DNA of 64,000 bases, from the NCBI GenBank assembly GCA_963765675.1, contig CAVXXK010000005.1:27170-91169 (forward strand), written 5' to 3'. Below the pieces are notes generated by a model. It was given only the letters and a program-made list of their open reading frames with translations, did not search any database and was not told the DNA's origin. The translations under genes were made by a program, and so were the position numbers. Every line of letters starts with the position of its first letter. The stretch's first letter is position 1. Below are positions 45,138-55,106 of this stretch, one piece after another. Source of the DNA: an uncultured delta proteobacterium. GTDB lineage: Bacteria > Desulfobacterota > Binatia > Binatales > Binataceae.

Positions 45138-46667
45138 CTATCGAGACGAGCTTCCGATTGGGTCTGAAGTTCCTACAGGCGTATTCCACCATCCGCCTCC
45201 CAACGCTACGAACAGCGCCGCGGTATCCTGAAATCGTTGACCCGCCGCCTGGATATATCCAAGGTTCGCCTGCTGGTATTGAAAGTCAGCGATCAAGACT
45301 TGCAGGTAGTTGACAGTGCCTGCTTCATAGTTTGCCTGTATCAGGTGCAACGCTTCTGTCGCTGCGTTGAGTGCCAACGACTGTGCCTTGAGCGCCTCCG
45401 CGTCATGCTGCAAGGCGTCCAGAGCGTCCGCGACCTGGGCAAGGGCCGCTAGAACGATCTGTCGGTAGTTTGCCAACGCCTGTTGGTAAGCATCGATTGC
45501 GGCCTTTCGTTGGTACCAGAGGGTCGGTCCCTGGATCAGCGGGGTAGCCAGGGTGGCTCCCATGGTCCAAAAAGCAGCGCTACCCGCAAACAGGGTGGAA
45601 AGCGTGGTGCTGTTCAACCCGTAGTTGGCGGTCAGATTGAAGTTTGGGAACATATTAGCGGTGGCCACGCCGATCTGAGCGCTAGCGCTATGTAGCTGGG
45701 CCTCCGCCACCAGGATATCAGGACGTTGACGCACCAACTCGGACGGCAGGCTGACAGGCAGGTCGCCAGGGAGCTTGAGGTCGGCAAGCGTGACTCGTGG
45801 CGGCGCCCAATCTGCAGGTGCCCGGCCCGCCAACGTAGCGAGCAAGTGCCTGGTGTGTGCCAATTGCTGGAGAAGAGGCGGCAGCGTAGCCTCAGTTGTA
45901 GCCAGTTGAGTCTGGATGCTGAGTAAGTTCGCATATGGAACGACGCCCGCCTCCGCTTGTGCGGTGGTAACTCGGGTCTGCTCATCAAGAAATCCAATGA
46001 TCCGTTGCGTCGCTTCGATCTCGGCGCTGTACGCGGCTTCCGCGATCAGAGCGTTGACAATGTTTCCCGACAACGTGAGATAGGTTCCCTGGGTGTTATA
46101 GTATTGAACTTCTACTTGTGCGCCGAGGCTCTCGACGGTTCGTCGTTCACCGCCGAATACGTCGAGTACATAGGTGACAGTCGTCGAGAAGGTGTAAAGG
46201 TTGAAGGTGCTAGATCCTGTGTTCTCGCCAAAACGGGAAGGAGAAAACTGTTGGCGTGTCGGCTCAAAGCTGGCGCCTAGCTGAGGATAGAAGATCCCGT
46301 AGCCGGCTTGCAGGTTGTCCTGGCTCTGGCGCAAGGCGGCTTGGGCGGCTTGCAGCGTAGGATTGTTAGCGGCGGCCTGCATGACTACCGCGTCGAGCTT
46401 GGGACAATCAAATAAGCGCCACCAATCTGCAGCAATCTTCGCCCCAGGCTCGAAACGCTGCGCTCTATCCTCCGCGGCAATCGTTTCGCTGGGCTCTTCC
46501 TCGTACGTATAGCGCTGAGTTGTCGGCCCATTGGGCCGAACAAAATCCGGTCCCACTGCACAAGCCCCTATACTGCACGAAAGCAAGATCGCGCCGAGCC
46601 ATTTCAACCGGGCGGTATGCGTGCCGGTCCTGGTCCGCGGCCAGCTATTTTTCAGCAACGTAAACAT
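45138..46667 (-). CDS. NodT/TolC-family outer membrane efflux lipoprotein
   Basis: Lipobox IGAC-AVGPDF, WWRLF, PSELVRQRPDI..AE, ALGGGWW. Confidence 0.92.
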   Translation of the reverse strand: MFTLLKNSWPRTRTGTHTARLKWLGAILLSCSIGACAVGPDFVRPNGPTTQRYTYEEEPSETIAAEDRAQRFEPGAKIAADWWRLFDCPKLDAVVMQAAANNPTLQAAQAALRQSQDNLQAGYGIFYPQLGASFEPTRQQFSPSRFGENTGSSTFNLYTFSTTVTYVLDVFGGERRTVESLGAQVEVQYYNTQGTYLTLSGNIVNALIAEAAYSAEIEATQRIIGFLDEQTRVTTAQAEAGVVPYANLLSIQTQLATTEATLPPLLQQLAHTRHLLATLAGRAPADWAPPRVTLADLKLPGDLPVSLPSELVRQRPDILVAEAQLHSASAQIGVATANMFPNFNLTANYGLNSTTLSTLFAGSAAFWTMGATLATPLIQGPTLWYQRKAAIDAYQQALANYRQIVLAALAQVADALDALQHDAEALKAQSLALNAATEALHLIQANYEAGTVNYLQVLIADFQYQQANLGYIQAAGQRFQDTAALFVALGGGWWNTPVGTSDPIGSSSR

Positions 46668-47577
46668 CGACGAGCAGACCCGGATAGACCGGGAGATCCT
46701 TTGACCTTTTGAAGCGGAATATGACCGGTAAGACCCGAACATCGACTCGTTCGAGCCTCTCGTCCGACAGCTCAATCTTGGGCGAGACGTAAGGCTGCAC
46801 TCTCACGTATTCGAGCGGGATGCTGATGTTGGTTCCGCGAATGAACATCCGGGCTTGCATCTCAGGTCCCAACTTGAGCCTGTGGATTAGTATCTCGTCG
46901 ATATAACAGCGCACACTGACGTATTCTTCCGACGGCCCTATCACGATGACGGGATCGAAACCCTGGGTATATGTATCGTAGGTGCCCTGGTTGGCCGTTA
47001 CGTAGCTGCCAACCGCCGCCTGAATCGCCAGAACCCTGCCGTCGGTCGGCGCCGTGAGCGTATACCAGGCAAGCAGGGACTTGTCTAACATATAGTTCCT
47101 CACATTGACTTCCTGGTTGCGCGCCGCCACCTTGACCGCGTTGATCGCATCGTCGAGGGTGTACTTGCTTATCGACTTAGGATCGAAGCGATACGAGGCT
47201 TCGTCCTTCGCGAGTTCGTCGCGCACATTCTTGAGTTGAGCATGCGCGTACGCAACCTGGGCCTTCGCGGCTTCCGTCGTCGCATTTTGGACTGAGTCGT
47301 CAAAGCGCATCAGAACTGTTCCCTTACGGACCCATTGACCCTCGTGGACGGGAATGTCGACGATGGTGCCGGATATGTTCGGAAATATATTTATGTTCTC
47401 GCCGTTGTTCTGATAGCTCTCGACCACGCCCTCGGCATACACTCCCTTGGCGTAGGGGTTTGCCGCCGGACTGAATGCCGGACCAAGCGGTGCGCCATGC
47501 AGCCCGTAGAGGTAAGCGCCAATCAAGCCGGCTGCGAATCCGAGAGAGGCCAGTAGTAGCTCGATTCTGGGCCTCAT
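46645..47577 (-). CDS. HlyD/membrane fusion protein
   Basis: N-terminal anchor, lipoyl halves (VHEGQWVRKG; APTDG), ERVDVRVLPV. Confidence 0.9.
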   Translation of the reverse strand: MRPRIELLLASLGFAAGLIGAYLYGLHGAPLGPAFSPAANPYAKGVYAEGVVESYQNNGENINIFPNISGTIVDIPVHEGQWVRKGTVLMRFDDSVQNATTEAAKAQVAYAHAQLKNVRDELAKDEASYRFDPKSISKYTLDDAINAVKVAARNQEVNVRNYMLDKSLLAWYTLTAPTDGRVLAIQAAVGSYVTANQGTYDTYTQGFDPVIVIGPSEEYVSVRCYIDEILIHRLKLGPEMQARMFIRGTNISIPLEYVRVQPYVSPKIELSDERLERVDVRVLPVIFRFKRSKDLPVYPGLLVDVYVAEK

Positions 47578-48272
47578 ACCGCCTGCCCTTGCTGGAAGCC
47601 GGTTATCCGTCCGTCCTCCATTTCCATAATTCGGCTGCTGTACTCAAAGATTCTGCTGTCATGCGTGACGATGAGAATGCAGCGCTTTGCAGTCAGAATT
47701 TCAGTCTTGACGAAGGACACTATCTTGCGGCCGGTCTCGCCATCGAGCGAGGCGGTGGGTTCGTCAAAGACGAGGATCTCCGGCTGATGGACAATCGCGC
47801 GCGCGATTGCGACACGCTGCTGTTCGCCGCCGCTGAGCTTGGTCGGCGGAAGTTGTGCTTTGTCGGCCAACCCCACGATGTCGAGATACCTGGCCGACTC
47901 TCGCAGCGCCTCGCTCCAGCTTCGCTTCTGCAGAATCAGCGGGATCGCCACATTTTCCGCGGTGCTGAGACGCGGAAAGAGGTGATAGTCCTGAAAAACG
48001 AAGCCGATTGTATTCAACCGAAAATTGGCAAGTTCGTCGTCCGAGAGGCGCCATAGATCGCGGCTGTCGATATTCACCGAACCGGAGCTCGGTCGAAGAA
48101 TTCCGGAAATCATGCTCAACAGAGTTGTCTTTCCGCTTCCCGAGGGTCCCACTATGTAGAGCATCTCGCCCCAATTAGCCTCGAAGCTCACTTCTGTTAC
48201 CGCGTAGGTTCTCGCTTCCTCGTGTCCGAACCATTTCGAGAGCTTGTCAGCAACGATTGCCGCCCCGGGCAT
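47574..48272 (-). CDS. ABC exporter ATP-binding protein (DevA/LolD-like)
   Basis: GPSGSGKT, LSGGEQQR, DEPT, VTHD. Confidence 0.95.
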   Translation of the reverse strand: MPGAAIVADKLSKWFGHEEARTYAVTEVSFEANWGEMLYIVGPSGSGKTTLLSMISGILRPSSGSVNIDSRDLWRLSDDELANFRLNTIGFVFQDYHLFPRLSTAENVAIPLILQKRSWSEALRESARYLDIVGLADKAQLPPTKLSGGEQQRVAIARAIVHQPEILVFDEPTASLDGETGRKIVSFVKTEILTAKRCILIVTHDSRIFEYSSRIMEMEDGRITGFQQGQAV

Positions 48273-48273
48273 A

Positions 48274-49413
48274 TCAGCCTCGAAAGATCTCGAACGGTTC
48301 GATTTTCAGTACCCGGCGCACGCCTGCGTAACCGGAGACGCCTGCGATTATCAGGACCATCAGTAGAGCCAGCCCAAGGTTGTAGTAGGTTACACGGGAC
48401 GCATATTCCGGAAGCCTGAGTTGTGCGCCAGCTATGACGAGTGTCGACAGGCCAATTCCGAGACCGTAACCCACGAGCGCGGTAAAACCCGCCTGAAAGA
48501 TAATCACGTAGACCAACTCGCGCCCTTTAGCGCCCATGGCCTTGAGGGCACCGAAGTGTTCGAGGTTTTCAATAATGAACGTGTAAAAGGTCTGACCGGA
48601 GATGGAGAGGCCTACGATGAAAGCGATCACCGTCATCAGCAAAGTATTCGTGCCGATGCCGGTCTTATATTTCAGGTAACTCGAAATCGCATTCTGATAT
48701 TCGGGGTTTGTCAGCGCGAGGTAGCCGAGTTGCGCAACCTGTTGTTTGATGTGCGCGACATCGGATGCGGACTTTGGTTCGACCAGAATGTATGAGATGG
48801 TAAAACGCATCGACGGAATGTAATGAATCGCTCTGTAGTAAGTAGTGTAAAGCGTCGGGGTACCAAATAAGGCTCCAGTCGGGACCGTGGCGATTCCGAC
48901 GATGACGCCACGATAGTCATTCAACTCGAATTCTGTTCCGATCTGTGGGCTTTCAAGCTTGGCATACTCTTCATCCTTGACCACGACGAAGCCATTTTCC
49001 GCAAAGATGTCATCGATGTTTCCCTTCAACAGTTTTGGCCGGCCAACTAGACTGCTGTCGTCAAGCCCGATCACGGTGACTGGCTGGTAAGTCCCGTCGT
49101 GCAGCCTCACCAGCGCCGCGCCGGAATAAAGCGGCACCGCGTATTTGACACCGGTGATACTGCGCACCGCATCCAAAACATAATCCGGCATCGGAACGTT
49201 GCTGAGAATGCCATTCGGGGCCGCTGGATCCATGACCCAGACGCTGGCACCAATGTTAATGACCGTAGCGGACGCCTTGGTCAGGATTCCCGCGAAGGAC
49301 GAGGTCATCTGCACTATGAGGAACACCGAAAATGTGGTCCCCACCAGCAGCGCAGTGTATTTGCCTTTGTCTGCGACCAAGAGCTTGTAGGCGAGGATCA
49401 CGATTCCCTTCAT
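48274..49413 (-). CDS. ABC exporter permease (DevC/MacB-FtsX-like)
   Basis: One N-terminal TM, large periplasmic domain, GALKAMGA, three C-terminal TMs. Confidence 0.9.
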   Translation of the reverse strand: MKGIVILAYKLLVADKGKYTALLVGTTFSVFLIVQMTSSFAGILTKASATVINIGASVWVMDPAAPNGILSNVPMPDYVLDAVRSITGVKYAVPLYSGAALVRLHDGTYQPVTVIGLDDSSLVGRPKLLKGNIDDIFAENGFVVVKDEEYAKLESPQIGTEFELNDYRGVIVGIATVPTGALFGTPTLYTTYYRAIHYIPSMRFTISYILVEPKSASDVAHIKQQVAQLGYLALTNPEYQNAISSYLKYKTGIGTNTLLMTVIAFIVGLSISGQTFYTFIIENLEHFGALKAMGAKGRELVYVIIFQAGFTALVGYGLGIGLSTLVIAGAQLRLPEYASRVTYYNLGLALLMVLIIAGVSGYAGVRRVLKIEPFEIFRG

Positions 49414-49618
49414 GATTTAAGACGAGGGGAGCAAAAAGCGTGCGAGTCATCGCCGTTCGTCACTGCTCACGAGGCTTGTGAAGACATCGGACGCGTGAGT
49501 CCGAAAGCAGCAATGCTGAGATAATCGCAGTGTAGCGAAAGGAAGCAGTGCGCGACTGACGTTTCAATAGAATTTCGAAACGGCTTACCTCGGCCGTTAG
49601 GCTCTGGGGGTCGAGCGA

Positions 49619-50179
49619 CTATTTCCTGCGTTTCTTTCGCTGTGGTCGGCGTTCTTCGCTGCGGTCCGTGGTCGTTTCCTGAGGACGAATGGTCAACTGT
49701 TCTTCGGAATTGGTGCTTCGATAATCGCGGTCAACCGGCTCTTCCATCTCTTCGGGCACGGTCCACAGGTGATCGTACGGGGCAATCGTCGTGCCGTTTC
49801 CCCATCCGCCTCTGGCGCGATGGAGCTTTTCCTGGCAATCGATGCAGTACGACGCGAAGGGAATCGCTATCAGTCGCTGGACCGGAATGGCGCCGCCGCA
49901 CTTGAGGCACCGGCCGTACTTGCCCGCTTCGAGTCGCGTCATCGCTTCGTCGAGGTACCTGAGTTTTTCTTCGGCGCGCGCGATGAGCCCCGCGTGAGTT
50001 TCGATCTCTTCAGTCGTACTTGCCGAATCCATCTGGTCGGCGGGCCCTGAGTCGGATTCCTGCTCCTGATCCCGTCGGAGGCCTGTTATCCTCCGACGGG
50101 TTTCTTCCTGCAGCCGGGAGAGCATTTCTCGAAGCGTGTCGCGGCCTTCCACCTGGTGGGTCTTTAGTTCTCGCATCAT
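49619..50179 (-). CDS. DksA/TraR C4 zinc-finger protein
   Basis: DQMDSA coiled-coil tip, YGRCLKCG..I...RL.AIP....CIDCQ. Confidence 0.9.
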   Translation of the reverse strand: MMRELKTHQVEGRDTLREMLSRLQEETRRRITGLRRDQEQESDSGPADQMDSASTTEEIETHAGLIARAEEKLRYLDEAMTRLEAGKYGRCLKCGGAIPVQRLIAIPFASYCIDCQEKLHRARGGWGNGTTIAPYDHLWTVPEEMEEPVDRDYRSTNSEEQLTIRPQETTTDRSEERRPQRKKRRK

Positions 50180-50217
50180 CTTTACTCTCCCATCCAGGGT
50201 GTGCGGGCTCGCGGTTG

Positions 50218-50688
50218 TTAACGCTTCGAGATATCGACCTTCTTTTCGCTTGCACTCTCGATCTGCACCTTTTTGGCCGTGGCTTCCTTCGCCATCGGGA
50301 CGGTGATCTCGAGGACGCCGTTCTTGAAGTTGGCCTTGACCTGATCAGCGGCCGCTCCGTCGGGCAGGCTCATGCGACGCTCGAAAGAGCCGTATGAGAC
50401 CTCGCGGCGCAGGTAGTCTTCCTTCTTGACCTCCTTCTCGCACTTGCGTTCGCCCTTGATGGTAAGGACGTTGCGCAGAACGGAGACGTCGAGGTCTTTG
50501 AGCTCGAGTCCCGGCACGTCCGCGCGCACGACGAGGTTGCCGTCCTTCACGTAGCTCTCGACCGCCGGCATGAATGCCTCGTTGTAGTTATCCTCGATGT
50601 CCTCAAAGGCACGCGGGAAAGGCGATTCCCATCGTCGCGCGATCCTTTCGAGCTCCCGAAACGGACTCCATGTGGTAAGTGCTCCCAT
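50218..50688 (-). CDS. Hsp20/alpha-crystallin
   Basis: WSPFREL, ADVPG, YGSFER, ANFKNGVLEI. Confidence 0.95.
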   Translation of the reverse strand: MGALTTWSPFRELERIARRWESPFPRAFEDIEDNYNEAFMPAVESYVKDGNLVVRADVPGLELKDLDVSVLRNVLTIKGERKCEKEVKKEDYLRREVSYGSFERRMSLPDGAAADQVKANFKNGVLEITVPMAKEATAKKVQIESASEKKVDISKR

Positions 50689-50738
50689 TTTCCTGTTCTC
50701 CATTTGGTAGACGAGAATTTCGTCACTATTTTGCTTGA

Positions 50739-50753
50739 GCAAGCAACGCGCCA
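50739..50753 (-). promoter_or_regulatory. sigma54 promoter for hsp20-dksA
   Basis: TGGCGCGTTGCTTGC. UAS-like TGCATCGATAGGCGTCA at 50826-50842 (reverse complement). Confidence 0.7.
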
Positions 50754-50951
50754 CCGAAATTCAGGCGACGAAAACTCAAACTCCACCCAGCCATGTGGCC
50801 GATCGCGTCACGGTTTTGTGACCGCTGACGCCTATCGATGCAATGAACGTCCGAAGGGGCACTCGTGCAATAGGTTGGTCAAGCTGGCCGCTTGAATTTG
50901 AAGCCCCTGTGGCAGAGCGCGTTTCCATCTTCTGAGAATGTCAGCGTGGCT

Positions 50952-50966
50952 TGGCATGGCAGTAGC
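50952..50966 (+). promoter_or_regulatory. candidate sigma54 promoter for the small ORF-BCAM0308 unit
   Basis: TGGCATGGCAGTAGC. Confidence 0.5.
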
Positions 50967-50988
50967 TAAGAAGCTGAGAATTCGGAAG

Positions 50989-51174
50989 ATGCCGGTAAAT
51001 GTAGTCAGAACGCCCGACGAGGAGATCGCGTGGGAGCGTGCGAAAGCTCGCGCTCGTGAAGAGTATCCCGACGCGACCGGCGAGCGCTTTTATCGGATCG
51101 TCATGGCTATCTACAAGAAGATGGTTCACTACGAGCCGCGTTCGCGCCCGGCGAACTCGAGGAGATTTCGATGA
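50989..51174 (+). CDS. small hypothetical protein (61 aa, possibly ChaB-like)
   Basis: MPVNVVRTPDEEIAWERAK...VMAIYKKM. ATGA overlap with the next gene. Confidence 0.6.
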   Translation: MPVNVVRTPDEEIAWERAKARAREEYPDATGERFYRIVMAIYKKMVHYEPRSRPANSRRFR

Positions 51175-51698
51175 ACAAGGGAATTGTACGGAGCATGGAT
51201 CGGCGTGGGTCGCGGTCGGACAAGAGCCCGCCAGTCGCGCAAAAAAAGAAGTTCAGCGATCCGTCGATATGCGATCGATGCGGCGCTGTGTACTCCGGCA
51301 AAAGCTGGCGGCGTGGCCCGCGGCTGGCGCGCGAGGTGATAGACAAGGCGTCGTGGGTGACGTGCCCGGGATGTGCTCAGGCGGCGGCCGGCGAGTATCA
51401 CGGCCAAGTGCTGATCACGATCGGCGATAGCTCGCGTCTCGAGGCGGTTTCAGCGCGAATAGCCAACGTCGAGCGTCGCGCGCAATTCACGCAGCCCGAG
51501 CGCCGGGTCGTCTCCACCAACTGGAACGGCAAGACGCTCGAAGTCCTGACGACGTCGCAGAAGCTCGCGCATCGGATCGCGTGCGAAGTCGAGAAGGCGT
51601 TTGGTGGACGCGCGCATTTTTCGTGGTCCGATGAAGATGGCAGCCTGCTGGCCGTCGTCGAGATCGGACGACCGCACGCGAAGGCGAGAGCGAAGTGA
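51171..51698 (+). CDS. BCAM0308-family (NMD3-like Zn-ribbon) protein
   Basis: CDRCGAVY..KSW, CPGC, TTSQKLAHRI, F.WS. Confidence 0.8.
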   Translation: MNKGIVRSMDRRGSRSDKSPPVAQKKKFSDPSICDRCGAVYSGKSWRRGPRLAREVIDKASWVTCPGCAQAAAGEYHGQVLITIGDSSRLEAVSARIANVERRAQFTQPERRVVSTNWNGKTLEVLTTSQKLAHRIACEVEKAFGGRAHFSWSDEDGSLLAVVEIGRPHAKARAK

Positions 51699-51833
51699 TT
51701 GCGTCGGCAGAGCGGCGGCTCGCTTGGAGGTTGGTGGCGATGAGCGGCGACGCGGCGGGAGAGATGGAATCTGGGAAACAATCGTTTGGTGTCGCCGCCG
51801 TAAGCATGTCAAATTGGGTAGTCGGGTGAATCG

Positions 51834-52259
51834 ATGAAATTGAAACTGCTGGGATCAGTGCTTGCACTGGCTGGCGTGATGGCCGTTTCACAGGTTGCCC
51901 TGTCGGCGGAAAGTGACGTCAGCGCCGGGCAGCACTATTTCATTCGCTACTGCGCGTCCTGCCATGGCGCAGACGGTATGGGAGACGGTCCAGTAGCGAA
52001 GAGCCTGAACACGCCTCCGGCAAATTTACGCATGCTCGGCGACAAGTATGGCATGCCGCTGCCCGCGCACCGTTTAGCCAAATTGATTGATGGGCGAAAT
52101 ACCATCAGAGCGCATGGGACGCGTGACATGCCGGTATGGGGAGAACGGCTCTACGAACTTGGTCAAGGAGAAAAGGGCGATACCGGAATCGGCGAAGTGA
52201 TCGCTAAAATTATTGCATACCTCAATACGATTCAGGACCGCAGAACTACGATGCGATAA
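51834..52259 (+). CDS. monoheme cytochrome c (paralog of 35968)
   Basis: Signal peptide, CASCHG, HGTRDMPVWG. Confidence 0.9.
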   Translation: MKLKLLGSVLALAGVMAVSQVALSAESDVSAGQHYFIRYCASCHGADGMGDGPVAKSLNTPPANLRMLGDKYGMPLPAHRLAKLIDGRNTIRAHGTRDMPVWGERLYELGQGEKGDTGIGEVIAKIIAYLNTIQDRRTTMR

Positions 52260-52338
52260 AGCTGGATCAGGCGATATCTTCAAGCGCTCTTCGATTCCTG
52301 TTGCATCTTTACCGCGTGCTTTCACCGTTTCGCCCGGT

Positions 52339-53172
52339 TCAGGCATCGCTGTCGACCGACTTGTCATGCTCAGCGCGCGTCAACGCCTCAAGCACATCGT
52401 AGGTGGTAATCACTCCCGCGAGGTTGCCATCTTCCAGAACTGGCAACGCTCCAATCTTCCGCTCGCGTAGCAAACGCGCGGCCTCCCGAATATCGGTGGA
52501 CGGCGTTACAGTTACCAACGGCTCGCTCATCGCCTTGAACGCGTCGGTTTGATCAAGGTAACCGGTATGCTGGCGGATATCACGGTCAGTAACGATTCCG
52601 ACCGGGGCACCGTCACTGACGATCAGCACACTTCGAAAACTCCCCGCGTGCATCTTTGCGGCGATCGAGGCGAGCTTCTCGTGGGGAGTCGCCGTGATCG
52701 GATTCTTCGTCATCCAGGTGCCCACCAAGTCGTTTTGAGTCGGAGTGCAGCGCACGGTCAGGACCGGGCATGTCGATTCGCGCAGAACAAGTTCGGCGAT
52801 ACTGCCGATGAAAAAGCGCTTGAACCCGCGCCGCCCGTGCGTAGCCATGACAACCATGTCGGCTTTCATTTTCTTTTCTGCGTTCAAAATGGTGCCTGCT
52901 GGCTCGCCAGTACTGATCAAAAGTTCGTACTTGAGCCCGGCGAGCCGCTTGTGCGCGATCTCGCGCAGCTTGGTCTTTGCGGTCTCTTCCTGATCTTTGT
53001 AGAGGTCCACGTACACTGGCATTCCGGTCGGCGCGATGATCAACGGAACCACATGCAAAACAAAGACAGTACCGTTGTTCTGGCGGGCTAAATCCGCCGC
53101 GGTATCGAGAGCCCGCATCGAGTTGTCATCGAAATCCACCGGACAAAGAATCCTGGTAAATTGCCGAGCCAT
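52339..53172 (-). CDS. universal stress protein-CBS fusion (paralog of 38667)
   Basis: ILCPVDFDD, LHVVP..PTGMPVYVD, ATHGRRG, CBS pair. Confidence 0.92.
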   Translation of the reverse strand: MARQFTRILCPVDFDDNSMRALDTAADLARQNNGTVFVLHVVPLIIAPTGMPVYVDLYKDQEETAKTKLREIAHKRLAGLKYELLISTGEPAGTILNAEKKMKADMVVMATHGRRGFKRFFIGSIAELVLRESTCPVLTVRCTPTQNDLVGTWMTKNPITATPHEKLASIAAKMHAGSFRSVLIVSDGAPVGIVTDRDIRQHTGYLDQTDAFKAMSEPLVTVTPSTDIREAARLLRERKIGALPVLEDGNLAGVITTYDVLEALTRAEHDKSVDSDA

Positions 53173-53215
53173 AAGAGACTTCCTCCTTCGGGCCTGCCTT
53201 CATCGATGATCGACA

Positions 53216-53230
53216 GCCAATACCGTGCCA
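53216..53230 (-). promoter_or_regulatory. sigma54 promoter for USP-CBS
   Basis: TGGCACGGTATTGGC. UAS-like TGTATCCGATCGCACCA at 53272-53288. Confidence 0.6.
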
Positions 53231-53305
53231 CCACTCGCGTCAGAGTTTTCACGCACTGGCGCCAAGATTTTTGTATCCGATCGCACCACTGTTCGTTTTG
53301 CGGGT

Positions 53306-53734
53306 TCAGTTGAAATTGCGATTTTTCGCGATCAATGCGACGAAGTCACCCTCGGTCAAGATCCCGACCAGGCGGCCATTTTCGACAACCGGAAGGCAGC
53401 CGATCTTCCGCTCGGTCAAGAGCCGTGCGGCCTCGATCAGAGAGATGTCGGGGCTGGTAGTGACTACCTCGGTGGCCATCACATCTTTGACCGACAGAGT
53501 GTCCAGAATTTTCCGCTGCGCGTGCTTGCCATAACCAAGCGCCTGGGCAAGCGCGTCGCGGAAGAGGTCGCGCTGGCTCACGATTCCGACGAGCATTTCA
53601 CCGTCGTCATCGACAACCGGAAGATGGCGAACGCGCCCCAAGCGCATGATATCTTCCGCCAGCGTAAGCTTGTCGTTGCGTTTAAGAGTGGTGGGATCCG
53701 CTGTCATCACATCGCGGACCTTCAGCTCGTTCAT
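53306..53734 (-). CDS. CBS domain protein
   Basis: VRHLPVV..GIVSQRD; KIGCLPVV..GILTEGD. Confidence 0.92.
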   Translation of the reverse strand: MNELKVRDVMTADPTTLKRNDKLTLAEDIMRLGRVRHLPVVDDDGEMLVGIVSQRDLFRDALAQALGYGKHAQRKILDTLSVKDVMATEVVTTSPDISLIEAARLLTERKIGCLPVVENGRLVGILTEGDFVALIAKNRNFN

Positions 53735-53756
53735 ACCGATTCCTCCGGGAAGCACT

Positions 53757-55068
53757 TCACAGGTAGCCCAATTGCCGCGCGCCGACACGAAGTCCTTCGC
53801 GAAATTCCGGATGAGCAATCGCAATCAACGCCTCGGCGCGCTGCGCCGTCGATTTGCCGGTAAGGCAGGCCACTCCGTATTCGGTTACGACGTACTGAGT
53901 ATCGGTTCTTGGATCGGTGGTCGGTCCTTCAATCTTGGGAACGATGCGGGAGATAGCGCCTTTGTTCGCGGTCGAGTACGCGGCGAGAATCGATTTTCCG
54001 CCTCTCGATCGCTGTGCTCCGCGCACGAAATCCAACTGGCCTCCGGGCGCGCTGTATTGCTTGCCATTAATCGCTTCAGAATTGACCTCGCCGTCAAGGC
54101 CCACCTCAAGGAAACGCGTTGATCGAGATTGCGCGATCGTTCTGTCCGATGACGCTCGGATCATTCACATAGTCAACCGGGCGGGCCTCCATGCTCGAGT
54201 TGTCGTTGAGAAATTCGTAGAAAGGCTCGTCGCCAGCCGCCAGGGTGTATACGTTCTTGTACCGATTCAGATTTTTGTACTTGTTGGTCACGGCACCGGA
54301 CTGAATCAGCGCCGCCAACGATGGCATCATGAGTTCTGTGTGGATGCCCAAGTCCTTGTGCCCGTACAGAGCCGCGCATACCGCATTAGGAACGCCCCCG
54401 ATTCCCACTTGCAGCGTAGCCCGGTCGGGCACCATCTCGACGATGTACTTGCTGATCCGCTCGTCCAGTGGCGTCAGCGGCCTGTCGGGCACTGAAAACA
54501 GCGGGCTTTCATTTTCGACTATGGCTGCGATTTCCGATATGTGCACCGACGAATCGCCGAACGCCCGTGGCATCTGTGGATTCACTTCGACGATCAGTTT
54601 CTTTGCCGTTCGTGCGGTGGGGATCGTATAGTCGGAGTTGGTGCCGCAACTGAAAAATCCGCCCTTGTCCATCGGCGCGACCATCACTATGAATGTGTCG
54701 ATTCCGATTTCTTGCAGCGTTCGCGGCATCGCGCTGAAATTACCCGGCATATAAAACACAACGCGCCGATTGTCCTGTTGGCCCCGCTCGACGAGCAGGC
54801 GTTCGACGATAGTCGGAAAAAACGGATGCGGTTTGATGACGTCCATGTATTCGTACTTGAGAATCGTAAAGGCGGCAGCGGTGATCGAGTGCGAATAGTA
54901 GACGCGAAGCTCGTCGATCCTGCCGGCCTTCACTCGATCCTCGAGCGCCGCCAACAAGGCCGGCGGCTCACTGATTGCCATGCCCATCGAGAGCGTGCCG
55001 CGCGACGGGACTAACTCCACCGCCGCCGCCGGCGACATTACTTTGGATTTATATTCGGTCTCGTACAT
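53757..55068 (-). CDS. acetyl-CoA hydrolase/4-hydroxybutyrate CoA-transferase family, +1 frameshift near 54112-54114
   Basis: EVNPQMP, LQVGIGGVP, DLGIHTE. ISINAF/LEVGLDGEVN...GGQLDF..VTEYG join if one T is removed. Confidence 0.9.
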
Positions 55069-55106
55069 CGCGGGTCCCGTTGTCCGCCTGGCTGCCAGGC
55101 AATTCC

